Both the position numbers and the translations under genes were made by a program. From Atractiella rhizophila (taxonomy: Eukaryota), in NCBI GenBank assembly GCA_021432655.1, contig MU271351.1, positions 62,001 through 85,112 on the forward strand: 23,112 nucleotides of DNA, read 5' to 3'. Below are positions 11,307 through 22,122 of this stretch, piece by piece (the stretch's first letter is position 1; every line of letters begins with the position of its first letter). The notes under the pieces are model-generated. The model searched no databases. It saw only the letters and a list, made by a program, of their open reading frames with translations, and was not told the DNA's origin.

Positions 11307-14048
11307 ATGGCTTCCACCATGACCCCCACCAGATCATTGTCTCTCTCATCCTCAAAGGATGAGAAGTACGACTTGGAACAGACCGAGCATGGTCTACCAG
11401 GAGAAGCTAGTCTGAAGGATATTGCCTATGTCAAGGAAGCCGCTAATGGTGAGCATGTCAGCAAGGATCTGTTAGGAAGCTAACTTTCACGGTAGTCGAA
11501 CTCGCGACGGCAATTCAGGAAGGCGAGCAATTCAGAGCTTGGTCTAAAGGAGGGATGGTGGGTGAACTTGTTATTATAAAGGGTACCGTTAATCGGCCCG
11601 TCAGATTATCCTGCTCTGCTCTTTCTTGGGATTCTTGACGAGCTGCTGTAATGGTTACGACGGCTCGTATGTTCAATTCCGTTTGCTCCTTCAAACTCTA
11701 ACAAAACTCATTTCAGGTTGATGACGGCTGTATGCCCCTTTACTTGAACAATGCTTCGTTCAGACCCTAAAGAGAGATAGATCAACGGTATGACCCCGTA
11801 CAAACACACTATTACCCCGGGTTCACCTGGATTGAACAAAACGACTGGTACGTTCCGCGTTTGTTGTTGAATGACACCGCTTAATCGCTCGCTCATCTCA
11901 GGAATTATCTTCACCTGTTACACATTTGGTCAAATGGCTGGGGCTCTGTTTTTTGGAGTGCGTAGTCTGGCATCATGTCAAATGTGTACTGACTGTAAGC
12001 TAACAGGGTCCTATTTGTGATCGTTTGGGTCGCAGATATGGCATGTTTATTGGTTGCATCATCATCATGACCGGTGGTACGTTCCAAGCTTTGGGAAACT
12101 TTGTGGGCTCAGAGACTTGTACCAGCTGCTATCATTTCTAGCAGCAACGACAAAAGCCAATTTATTGCGGGAAGGTAAGAACCCCATCCTGTGTTCACAG
12201 TCTTTTAATATTTGTTCCAATCCAGATTTATCCTTGGCATGGGGCGAGTAGCATTTCGCTGACCTAACCGGTGCATCACTCACAAGGGAACAGAATCGCT
12301 ATTGCCATCATCGGCGCACCTACTTATTGTGAGTTGAATTGACCCCAGTCGAGACTTCCGAGCTGGCTAATCTGAGAAACAGGCGTCGAAGTCGCTCCTC
12401 CTCACTGGAGGGGAAAGATCACCGGCTTGGTTGATTTTTTTTGCCTATCCTGTCGATTTAGCTAACGTACATCAACTGGGAAAAGTACAACACAGGATGG
12501 AATGGAGGATCGATCCCAGCTGCAGCAATTACCTTTGGAACGTCGTACATGACGAGCAACTGGGCCTGGCGTATCCCTTTGATTCTGCAAGCCGCCCCTA
12601 GCGCAATCGTCGCCGCAACAATTCTATTCCTACCCGAATCTCCCCGGTGGTTGATGGCTCATGGACGGCGAGAGGAGGCAATTGATTTTCTCGTCAAGTA
12701 CCACGGAAACGGAGATCCAAACCATCCCTTGGTCTTGCTCCAAATCCGCGAATTCGAAGAAGCCATTGACAAGGACCCACCCAAGACTGGATGGCGCTCC
12801 TACCTCGCAGATTACGACTGGAGACCTCTCGTATCTACTAAAAACGCTAGATGGAGGTAATTTTCCAACATTAATTGTGAGACAAAATAATGACTCGGCC
12901 CGCAGGTTCTTGATGGTCTTTATGATGGCTTTCTTCGGTCAATACAGCGGTGAGTACGAATACTGTTATGTCTAGCAGCGTCTCACGCTAAGGCAGGAAA
13001 CGGATTGGGCTACTTCAACGTGGACATCTACGAAAGGTGAGGTGTTTTGTGTGTAGCTGTCACAAGGGAGTTAACACCAAGTACAGCTTGGGTTTCAACT
13101 ACGAGCAACGTTTTGCCATGAACTTGGGAACCACCTGTGTCTCCGCCCTCTGCGCTGTGACAGGCTCCTTGCTAGCTGACAGGATGCCGCGAAGACGGGT
13201 ACTTGTGATTGGAACCCTTTTCTGCTCTTTCTGGCTTGCTGGTTACGTCGCTGCTGGAGCGACATTCCAGAATTCCAACAACGAGAACTTGAAACTGGGT
13301 CAGCTTGGAGCTGCGTTCTATTATCTGTTTAGTGGTGAGCTTTCAGCATCATCAAATCCCGTCAGAGATCAAATGCGTATTCTTCAGGTACCTATGCATT
13401 TACCTACACTCCTCTTCAATCCCTGTACCCAGGTGAGTTTCTTGTGGCCAGTAGACTTCTGTCTGACAGGAGCGAAAGCCGAATGTCTCGAAAACAAGGT
13501 CAGATTTTCTTAGTTGTAGTAGCAAATGGCTCACAACTCGATGTACAGGTTCGCGCGAAAGGTACCTTTTGATTTTCATCGACAAGGAATCAGGCTGACC
13601 ACTATCAGGTGTCGCTGCAAAGATTTTGATCGTTAGCACCACTGGTTTCCTAAACCTCTATGCAGGTCAGCATCTTCCCAGAAACGTTGAACTTTTAGCT
13701 CACTTGGCCTTCGACTCTCAGGTCCTATCGCTTTAGGTAAACTTTTCGCTGCTTTACGCTCCACACGCAAGTTGATACTCGTCCAACACAGGAAACATTG
13801 GCTGGAGATATGTCTGCGTATTTGTCGGATGGGACATCATCGAATCCATTTTGTGGTACTTCTTCGCTGTCGAGGTGAGCCTCTGGTCCCTCTCCCCAAA
13901 AATGTGTCACTGAGTGTTTTTCAAGACTGTGGGAAGGTCACTGGAGGAATTGGACGAGGTGTTCAGTGCCGAACATCCTGTCAAAGCCTCTATTGCGAAG
14001 CACAAAGTCGCCATCAGGAAGGACGGTCGTGCCGTCGAGGTTCGCTGA
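11307..14048 (+). CDS. MFS sugar porter of the Lac12/CDT-like (lactose/cellodextrin/hexose permease) type; 22 exons
   Basis: Manual splicing of 21 introns gives one uninterrupted frame with NGYDGSLM, DRLGRR, IAGRFILGMG, EVAPPHWRG, WRIP, LPESPRWL, FGQYSGNGLGYF, YTPLQSLYPAECL...VRAKG and ETVGRSLEELDEVF. The family is clear; the substrate is inferred. Confidence 0.93.
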
Positions 14049-14416
14049 ACGCGATACTTTGCAAATACCTGATATTAATCTGTCGAACGAAAGTACTGTC
14101 TCCTTACATGTGCTCGGAATGCGTGATGAATGGAATGTCTGTGACTACGATCTCAAAGCATTCTGTAATGTGAACTGCCTTGAGGATTGCATACTCGCAT
14201 ATCTGAGGACTAGAACAACCTTTTTGAACGGGGAAAGAAACAGCTGCTCATCGAGAAACTGAGGAACATCTTAACCTGATAAACTTTCGATTGCTTGAGC
14301 TGCGCAGAAACATAGTTAACTTTATACTTCAACGGTGCACATCCTGCCTTTGGATACTCGTCTCGTCTTCTCCTTAACTGTTGCCTAAACTTTCACGCCG
14401 CGACAAAGTCGTGAAA

Positions 14417-15404
14417 ATGCCTCGCTCTGTCTCTCCAGAACCTCGCCGCAGGCGTTCCCGCTCACGATCACCCGTTTCTCGTTCAAGAACCTCAAAAAAC
14501 GACCGCGAACGCGACTACGGGCGAGATAAGGAGAAGGAGCGTCGCGGAAGACAAGACAAGGAGCGCCAGCGTTCTCGGAGTCGTAGCCGCAGTCGTGACA
14601 GGCGAGAACGCTCTCGTTCGCGAGACAGAGACAGACGTTCTTCAAAGCCATCAACTTCTAAGGCGCTTGCTCCGCGACCACGGTCTAGGTCTAGGTCGCG
14701 GTCTGCGTCTCCTAGCGAAGAGAAAAATAAACCTCCTCCTCCCAATTTTGCAGCTTCGGGACTGTTGGCGGCGGAGTCGAACAACTTTAAGGGCATCGTT
14801 TTGAAGTATAATGAGCCTCCGGAAGCACGAAAGAGCTTGAGGAATTGGAGGGTTTATGTGTTCAAGGATGGGAAAGAAGTTGGTGCGTTATCTCACCTTC
14901 TGCACGATGGGAAGGCGAAAGTGACCTTTAAACACTGGCTGGCGTCTTGGTGGCGGCAGACATGTTTCAACTCAACCGACAGTCCGCCTACCTCATTGGG
15001 AGGGATAAGATAGTCTGTGATATACCAGCAGAGCATCCTTCGACATCGAAGCAACACGCGGTCATACAGTTCCGACAGATTTGGGAGAAGAATCCTGAGA
15101 CTGGAAAGGATAAGGGTATCGTCAAGTACGCTTCTTTCTGTCCACTCCAAATGCCTTCTTGACGTTTTGGTTTTCCCATGGCTAGACCCTTCGTCATTGA
15201 CCTAGAGAGCGCAAATGGAACCATGGTGAATGAAGAGAAAATCCCGACGTCGCGTTATTACGAGCTTCGTTCAGGCGATGGTGGGTTGTTGATTCACTTA
15301 TAATATACTCGCTGAAGACTTCCTTCACAGTGATGAAGTTTGCCTTCTCGTCTCGCGAATACGTGTGCTCCTCGAAGATTAATGTTTCACTTGACTTGCA
15401 TTAA
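14417..15404 (+). CDS. SNIP1: RS-rich FHA-domain protein SNIP1/Pml1 (RES splicing complex); introns 14883-14959, 15126-15185, 15281-15330
   Basis: RS/RD-rich N-terminus, PNFAASGLLAAESN, LKYNEPPEARK, YLIGRD, HPSTSKQHAVIQFR, KPFVIDLESANGT, YYELR and FAFSSREYV. The stop is at 15402-15404 as written, or at 15380-15382 if one base is missing (see findings). Confidence 0.93.
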
Positions 15405-16969
15405 AACTACTCTAAAATCTCCAACAACATGGAGCACATTTGGACCCATACTCTTTACCTTCCCCAAATACTCCAGCTGCACATTCACTCTGAACCGTCC
15501 TTGTTTCCCCTCATCCACCCATCTCTCCTCCAACAGCCTTTCCACCACCTTCCTCACCTCTTCACCCCAAACTTCCAGCTCCTCCCTCTCTGCCTCTCGC
15601 TTCAAACTCACCCTAGACAGCTCCAATTCTTCATGCACCCTCAACACGCTGCAGTCACCCTCCTCGTCCAACTTCAAAGCTCTAACTCCGACCCAAAGAC
15701 CAGAAGAAGGAGGCGATGACCATTCGTCCTTGGAGCAAGAGGAATCAGAGAAGGATGGTGGTAGACGAGCGGAGGGGAGAATTCCGAGTGAGACGTGTTG
15801 AGCTCGATTTCGGAAATGAGGCAGGCAGAGGTGGTTGTATGAGGGGAGGATGTGAAGCCTGCAATCCTGATTCGCGTTTTCAGGCTCAGAGCAGCTGGAA
15901 TTCGAAGTGTCGCTCGTTGGGAGGACGTCGTAGGAGATTTTGACACGGGAGGCACCCCGCTTGAGACCTATGAATGACAGTGAAAAAATGATTTGCCTTC
16001 ACATTGGGACGTGATGGAAGAACCTTTGATGGACCACGGATTGATTTCACAAGCCCATACCTCTTTCGCGCCAGCTATCAAGTAAGGCAAAGTAAAATAT
16101 CCAATCCCTAACCGTCCATGAATCAGTCCTCCACCTCTCGTGGGATTCTGAGTAGCAGAAAAGAAAAGTAGAAAGTCACCAGCATAAAGATCGACCACCG
16201 TCCTCCCTTCTACATTTTCCAATCTTGCAATCCTCCCCTTCTCCGCTGCGTTCCCCCGACTAAACATTGTCTGTTCCGGCGCCCAGAACCACTCTACCCT
16301 CCTCTCCTCGCCCTTCGCAGTCTTCATCGTCTGCGCCAAACTCGTCCAAAACTCTTTCTCCTGCTCCTCTCTTCCCTCTCCTTTTCCTTCTGCTCCTTCA
16401 TCAAAACCGTCGGCGCGCCACAGCCACTTGATTCGTCCTGTCCGCTTCTCGTCGGACCGTGCGATGGGGAGACGCAGTGCGATACCTTGGACCTTAAATT
16501 GGGACGCGAGGGCGGGGAGGGAGAGGGAAGGTGACGGTGCGGAGGAGAACAGGAGGAGGTTGGAGGTGTGCAGATATCGTGGAAGGTTGGGGGTCGTAGA
16601 AGACGGCAGTAGTGAGTCGTGCTGTGAGAGGTAGGCGAGAAGCTGTGGGAAAGAGGAGGATAAAGATGTAATAGCGGCAGCTGAGGAGGTGCCTTGAACT
16701 GTTGCTAACCGGGAAAGAGGGTGCAAAGTTGGAGGTAGAAGGATTGGCCCGTTGGCTGCATCGAGTTCTCCGTCTCGATTTAGTGTCTCATCCTTATTCC
16801 CTTCTGCTTCACTCATAATCAAAGTATGCATATCCAAATATCCATCTTTCAGTTTTGAGAGAGATATCCCCTGCTTTTTATCGAAAAAATCTTTGTCTTC
16901 GAGGTATGTCTTGACCACTCTCGTTAATGAAGGAGGAACAACGAGAACTACTCGAGACTCCATTACCAT
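15387..16969 (-). CDS. TYW2: tRNA wybutosine-synthesising protein 2 (TYW2/Trm12, SAM-dependent aminocarboxypropyltransferase); introns 16179-16108 and 16023-15968
   Basis: WAPEQTMFSRGNAAEKGRI, VVDLYAG|IGYFTLPYL, ACEINPWSIK|GLKRGA, HVSLGILPS, RVHE and VKSMGPNVLHVVGDF match the Trm12/Met-10+ class motifs. Confidence 0.88.
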
Positions 16970-17246
16970 AGAAATATGGTCGTTGGTTCATGTGGAGAGA
17001 AGGGTGGAAATGAAAAGTTTGTGTTGGTGCACTCTTAGGTATTGGCTTTTGCCCTTCCTTTTTTATACCACTTCAATTGCTGCTTATGTTCAATTTGTAA
17101 ATTTTGAATGTTGAATGTTGCATGTCTGTGACCATTTTAAATGCACATGCACTCTCACTCTCCCATCCAATAAAAAAAGAACGAATAGACAATGGAGCCT
17201 CACATTCCTCCATTCCAATCTCCAGCAACACCAGCACCGCGAACAG

Positions 17247-17680
17247 CTATCGTTTGCTCAACATATTGCTCAACTTAATCTTCTCCCTCCTCTCCTTCTT
17301 CCCTGTCTTCTTCATAAATTCCAAGCTCTCCTTCTCCTGTTTGCTCGGTTTCGCATCCAACAAACTCCACAACCACTCCGGATACTCAGAGTCGTCCAGA
17401 GCCACAGGATCCGACTCTCCTTTGTGAATGGCGAGGTTGGACAGCACAGTTCCTCCTGGAGCGGAGGAAATTGGTCGCTTTTTCTGCGGACGTGAACGGG
17501 CGGGAGGAGTGGGTGAAGAGGTGGTGTCGGTGGAGCCTGAGTAATGTTCAGGACAGTTCGCAAAGAAAAGAAGACTAGGAAAAGCTTACTGAAGCGTGTT
17601 GACATAGGGAAGAAGGGACGAGCGACTGGCAGTATTGTGCGCGAGAGAGCGACAGTACTGGAGAGCCAACGAGTGGACAT
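17247..17680 (-). CDS. MRPL37: Mitochondrial large ribosomal subunit protein mL54 (yeast MrpL37); intron 17589-17537
   Basis: Arg/Ser-rich presequence-like N-terminus, then SSAPGGTVLSNLAIHKGESDPVALDDSEYPEWLWSLLD...RREKIKLSNML, the mL54 signature. Confidence 0.9.
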
Positions 17681-18551
17681 TGGTATGGGCGCTGCTATTA
17701 CGTGGGTATTACGAGTGTATGAAGCTGTGCCTATATGATGCCTGAACTGCTCAAGTGCTCGTGAGTTGCTTCAGCCGAAGTAGAAGGTGAATTGAGGAAC
17801 GTGACTATCCCGAAGTCACATTTTTTGGTTCTTGATCACGAGGAAATAGTGGTCTGTTGAGCGAGATTGAGATTGTGATTCAGGCAAAGCAGGTACGAAA
17901 GCTCTACCTGTTGAGAGATCCAAGTAGATGTATTTGTGGACAAGAAGCGGCAACGGGCGGCATTAGGTTCATTACCAAACGTTGGATGGTCCGTTGTCAT
18001 TCGAGCGTCTCGTCAGGTTGACGCGTTGACGTCTTAAAGCCACAAGTTGAAAAGAGGAATTGTTTATTCGAGCTGCTTGTTTGTTATTCTGGAGAATTTG
18101 AGCCGATGTTCACCAAGGAGACGAGATTGTTAGTGCATCGCGCTCTTGCAACCCTCTTCATATTTGCGTTACGCTTTCTGGCCACACCCGAAATTGAAGT
18201 AGCCCAATAACCCATGATCATATGTTCTATTTATCTAGGATTCTTCTTTCCGCGACTGTTGTGGCAGAAAGACAGTACAAGTGATAATCTTGCTATTCAT
18301 TAGAATGGTGAGACGCCCATCGAGACAACAGTTTGGTCGAAGAAACCCCTCTTGTGGGTCCAATTCGATCCAAAACTAGATCAGAGACTGTCCAGGATGC
18401 AGTTGTAAAAACATAAGGAAGGCGTCGGCGCTTCCCCAGCCAGGCATGCAGCCATTTTAACCTGATATCTTTCTATGTATAACGATTTGGATCCCAATGC
18501 AGGCTAGTGCTCTGCACACTCTGCAGCTGAGCTAGAAAGAGCCCGTTCGAA

Positions 18552-20024
18552 ATGCCCATAGAAGGAATTCCAAAATGGGCAAGTGCTGCCTCCGAAAAGG
18601 AATGTGCTTTTCTTCAAGTTTTGGGAAATCACATTGCCATAGGGACATCTGTCATAATTTCCTCCAATCACTTGGTCCAAGACATGGAGAGGAAAATTCG
18701 AACTAACGTTGGCAAAAAAAACCACCGTGCAATCCACATTCTAAATAATTTGCATTGTGGATGTTCGACTCAATGCTGCCCATCAGGGAAGAAGACTTTC
18801 TGACGACGATCAAGTCCACCTCTGATGCAGGTGGATATGGCACGCCGCGGGTACAAAAGTCACTTTCAACATCGTCACAGTGCTCAACATTTTATGACTA
18901 TGATTTTAATGCAAACCCATGTCGCATTTCTACCTAGCCCCCACGTTGACGCTCCGTATATTGATTCAGGCTCAGTGAGTAGTAATTTGCCTCGTCCATG
19001 TCACTTCTGAGATCTCATGTCTCGCAGAAAACAGTGAAATGCTCAGAATACCGATTCGATCTTCGCAAGTGTGAGGAAGCATTCAATTTCCTGCGTGAGC
19101 TATACAACTGCTCAGACGTGATCGATTCCTCGGACAATGAAATCAAGAGGCGACCAACCAAAATCCAGGCCTTCCTAAACACATCTGGCCAGCTTCCGTC
19201 GTTCGGCGCCTCGAGGAAGAAACGCAAACCACTCGTGAAGCAATGAAAGCGACGCAGTAGACGACGAACATCTTGATGTTCCACATTTGCAACCTTACTT
19301 TTGTGATTTGGGTTTTCAGCCTGAGTTGTTGGGGTCTAGAAGTCTTGGATTCCATATGAAGATGTCTGTATTTTGGGTCTTCGACTCCCCGTTGATGCGT
19401 GATGCCAGGCTTTGAGTTCATCCATGGTGGCAGCTGTCACCAGATGGTATCACGCCTGTGATGATAAAACGCACATGCAGCCCTTGGGAACCTCGGATTG
19501 ACCAGCTTCTCGCCAGCATATCTGACATCAAAAATCATACAATAGATATATGCGAAGTTTGGATTTACACGACCACCTGCTACTTGTTCTTCCCCGCGGG
19601 ACGCCTCTACCGTTCCTATGTGTGATACGCCGTTAGCGATGTATTTGCGGCAACAGCTTGTCGATGGCGAGGGTTTCAATGGATTCGTTCACCTGGATCT
19701 CAAACCAACAACCTTGTTGGTACCTCAGACGCCTTAGATCATTGATTTCGGATTGCCTTGCGAAGTCAACGACAAAACCGTCTTAAAGGATATCGAGGAA
19801 CTCGACCATGGGTGGCTCCTGAACTTGGAACAGAAGACGGGCCAGAGCAAAACATTGCTCCGATTCCCGCAGATCGATGGGCCGTTGGTCTGATTATTTC
19901 CCATGTCTTGTGTCAATTCCTTCCAAATGGTCATCCTCTCCTTCACCTCGCGACCCGTTTGCTGTCAAAAGAACCTCAGTCGCGGCCGCCAGTGGTTGAG
20001 ACCAACAATTCGTTGATTTTGTAG
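18552..20024 (+). pseudogene. Degenerate Ser/Thr protein-kinase gene (kinase domain about 19440-20024) with probable fragmented N-terminal region; 5' boundary uncertain
   Basis: Kinase subdomains appear in order but in shifting frames: VMIK (19458), NHTI (19533), LVLPRGTPL, QQLVDG, HLDLKP (19690), an in-frame TAG at 19735, IIDFG (19738), GTRPWVAPE, ADRWAVG and LLSKEPQSRPP. Linking the upstream fragments to it is inference. Confidence 0.8.
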
Positions 20025-20425
20025 GTCTTTGACATTGTGTAGTTTAGATTATTTAACACAGGTAGTTGGGGCAGGTGCGGCATCGAGCTTCCTTGTCACA
20101 GCGGTGTTGATACATGCAAAGGAATTGCTGTCTATCGGCTAGAGTCACAAATTGGTGACAGGAAACATCAGACGCTGAAGAAACAACGGCTATGTCACTG
20201 GAGCACACGGGAGAACATCTATGAGATGGCAGAAGGCGGTTAAGGAGAATACCGGCTGTGGCCAACCCAAGGGAGATTGTTTCGGGGTTGACGCGTGACG
20301 CCGGAGTACGCGGTGTGACTGCGCGTGAGAAGAGCATATTCTCTTGAGGATGGCATATTACCAATCAATTTCCTCGCCTTTGGTCTATGAAGCAATGCAA
20401 GTCCACTCGCACGAACGAGACTACT

Positions 20426-20509
20426 TCCGGAATGGATTGGTCAGGCAGCAACACCCAGCTTACCGTCGAAGCGGGAATGATGAGCCGACTGAACTAGATG
20501 GCCTATAAG
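20426..20509 (+). promoter_or_regulatory. Promoter module of hydrolase copy 1: TCCGGAATG (20426), CAGCTTAC (20456), CGG-N10-CCG (20472-20487), TATAAG (20504)
   Basis: The same elements recur in the same order upstream of copy 2, while the surrounding sequence does not align. Confidence 0.65.
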
Positions 20510-20561
20510 AGCACGAGACCAGCTGTCCCCCCATCAACCCACTGTAATTAACAAGCTCAAC

Positions 20562-21553
20562 ATGTCAGACACAACCGCCTTCGTCCTCATCCCTGGAGCC
20601 ACCGCCTTCGCTGGGCCCTGCTTCGCTCGAGTTACCCCTCGACTTCGAAGCTTGGGCTACGAGGTGTACCCTACGGATTTGGCTTCCGTGGGAGAGAGAC
20701 CGGAGGGTCCAGCGAGTTTCGAGGACGACGTGGAACAGATATCGGCACAGATCCGAAAGCTGGTAGAGCAAGAAAAGGTGAACCTTTAAGTGGCTGCTGG
20801 GGCGGCGTTGATGATCTGAAATAGGACGTAGTCGTGGCCATGTCGAGCTATGGCGGGTTCCCAGGCACACAAGCTTGCAAGGGGTTGGCGGCTGCAGATC
20901 GTGCAAAAGAAGGGAAGAAAGGAGGCGTGGTTGCACTCGCATACCTCGCGTCATTCATTCCTCCACCAGGAAAAACGATCCGTGACGTGATGGGAGAGTC
21001 TCTACCTGAAGCTATGAAGGAGTCTCCAGTGTGTCTCCCTTCATTTCCGATGCTTGAGAACGAAATCTCATTTTGATCTGTAGAATGATTACATGGAAGG
21101 TCATCCCGAAAGTTGGAGGTACCTCTTCTGTGATGTCGGGGAGGATGAAGGCCGGTGTTCTTTCCTTGGTCACTTGAATGGAGGATAACTTGACGATGTT
21201 TAAATCCACAGCCCAGGAATTGCGTGACAGATATTTCTTGCCAGGAACAGACAAGCAGTCCACCAAATCCTTCACCGGGTCCGCCATCGATTATCCAGCT
21301 TACAAGTTCGTGGACACCTACTTCCTCTTGGGAGAGCTAGACATGGTCATTCCGCCAGCCACCAGTCACTGTATGTGTTCAACGCATGCTGAAGTTGGGA
21401 AATGGGAGGTAACTGGTGTGGATAGCTATGCTCGAATGGGCCAAAAATGAAGGCGTAGAAGTCAAGATAACCTCAATCAAGGCTGGTCACGCTCCGTTCC
21501 TTACGAAGGTGGACGAAACGGTGGAGTTTCTCGTCAAGACTGTTAAAGAGTGA
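20562..21553 (+). CDS. Alpha/beta-hydrolase (Abhydrolase_6, methylesterase-like), copy 1; 5 exons (introns 20778-20824, 21029-21083, 21151-21211, 21371-21425)
   Basis: FVLIPGA oxyanion loop, nucleophile elbow AMSSYGG, GGVVALAYLASFIP, acid residue in GELDMVIP and catalytic His in AGHAPFL; TGA at 21551-21553. Confidence 0.9.
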
Positions 21554-21952
21554 TTTCAACTTGAAGGTAGAAGGGACATTGGGTGAATGACGAGCATGGA
21601 CTTATTAAGTGCAATGGGGGTTAACAAGAATGCTGTTGCTGTGAATTATAGTAATTCAATTTGCCTCAAATGGTTCAGAAACCCCTTTCGACGCCTCACG
21701 CCCGTCACAAAGTAGAGGAGGACAAAGCAAGGAAAAGCCAAATAGGTTAGACGACGGGAAAACAAATAAATAATTCCAACAGAACATTCAAGTAGTATAA
21801 ATATGGCAGCTGAATGAAGGTAGGTCGGCTCTGGACCTCGACATCGGAGTACGTGGCGAGTGTACAGGAGAGGAGTTCGCCTCGAAGGTGTGTTGTCATT
21901 CGATTACGAAGATTCTGAAAGCTGAGTTATCAAGTATATCGAGTTGCTGATA

Positions 21953-22031
21953 TCCGGAATGAAATGCTTGTCACAAAATATGAGCAGCTTACATCGAAGC
22001 GGATAGGAAGAACCGAGAGAAGGCGTATAAA
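21953..22031 (+). promoter_or_regulatory. Promoter module of hydrolase copy 2: TCCGGAATG (21953), CAGCTTAC (21985), CGG-N10-CCG (22000-22015), TATAAA (22026)
   Basis: Counterpart of 20426-20509. Confidence 0.65.
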
Positions 22032-22122
22032 ATGACATGGAGTCGCGTCCTCTCTCTCCATCCAGTCAAGCCACTCAAATCCCTAACCAAAACGTTTATC
22101 GCTTCTCCATCCTCATAAAGAT

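Noticed and set aside
14447..14712. Repetitive CGN/TCN-rich tract
   Set aside because: It encodes the RS/RD low-complexity domain of SNIP1 and is not an independent DNA repeat.
17801..17826. GTGACT-N7-AGTCAC hairpin followed by a T-run, resembling an intrinsic terminator
   Set aside because: Eukaryotic locus, only a 6-bp stem, and no Pol III gene recognisable upstream; chance or a promoter element of mL54.
17700..20400. Possible transposon in the long gene-poor interval
   Set aside because: I saw no terminal repeats, target-site duplication, or transposase/RT motifs; the kinase relic explains much of it.
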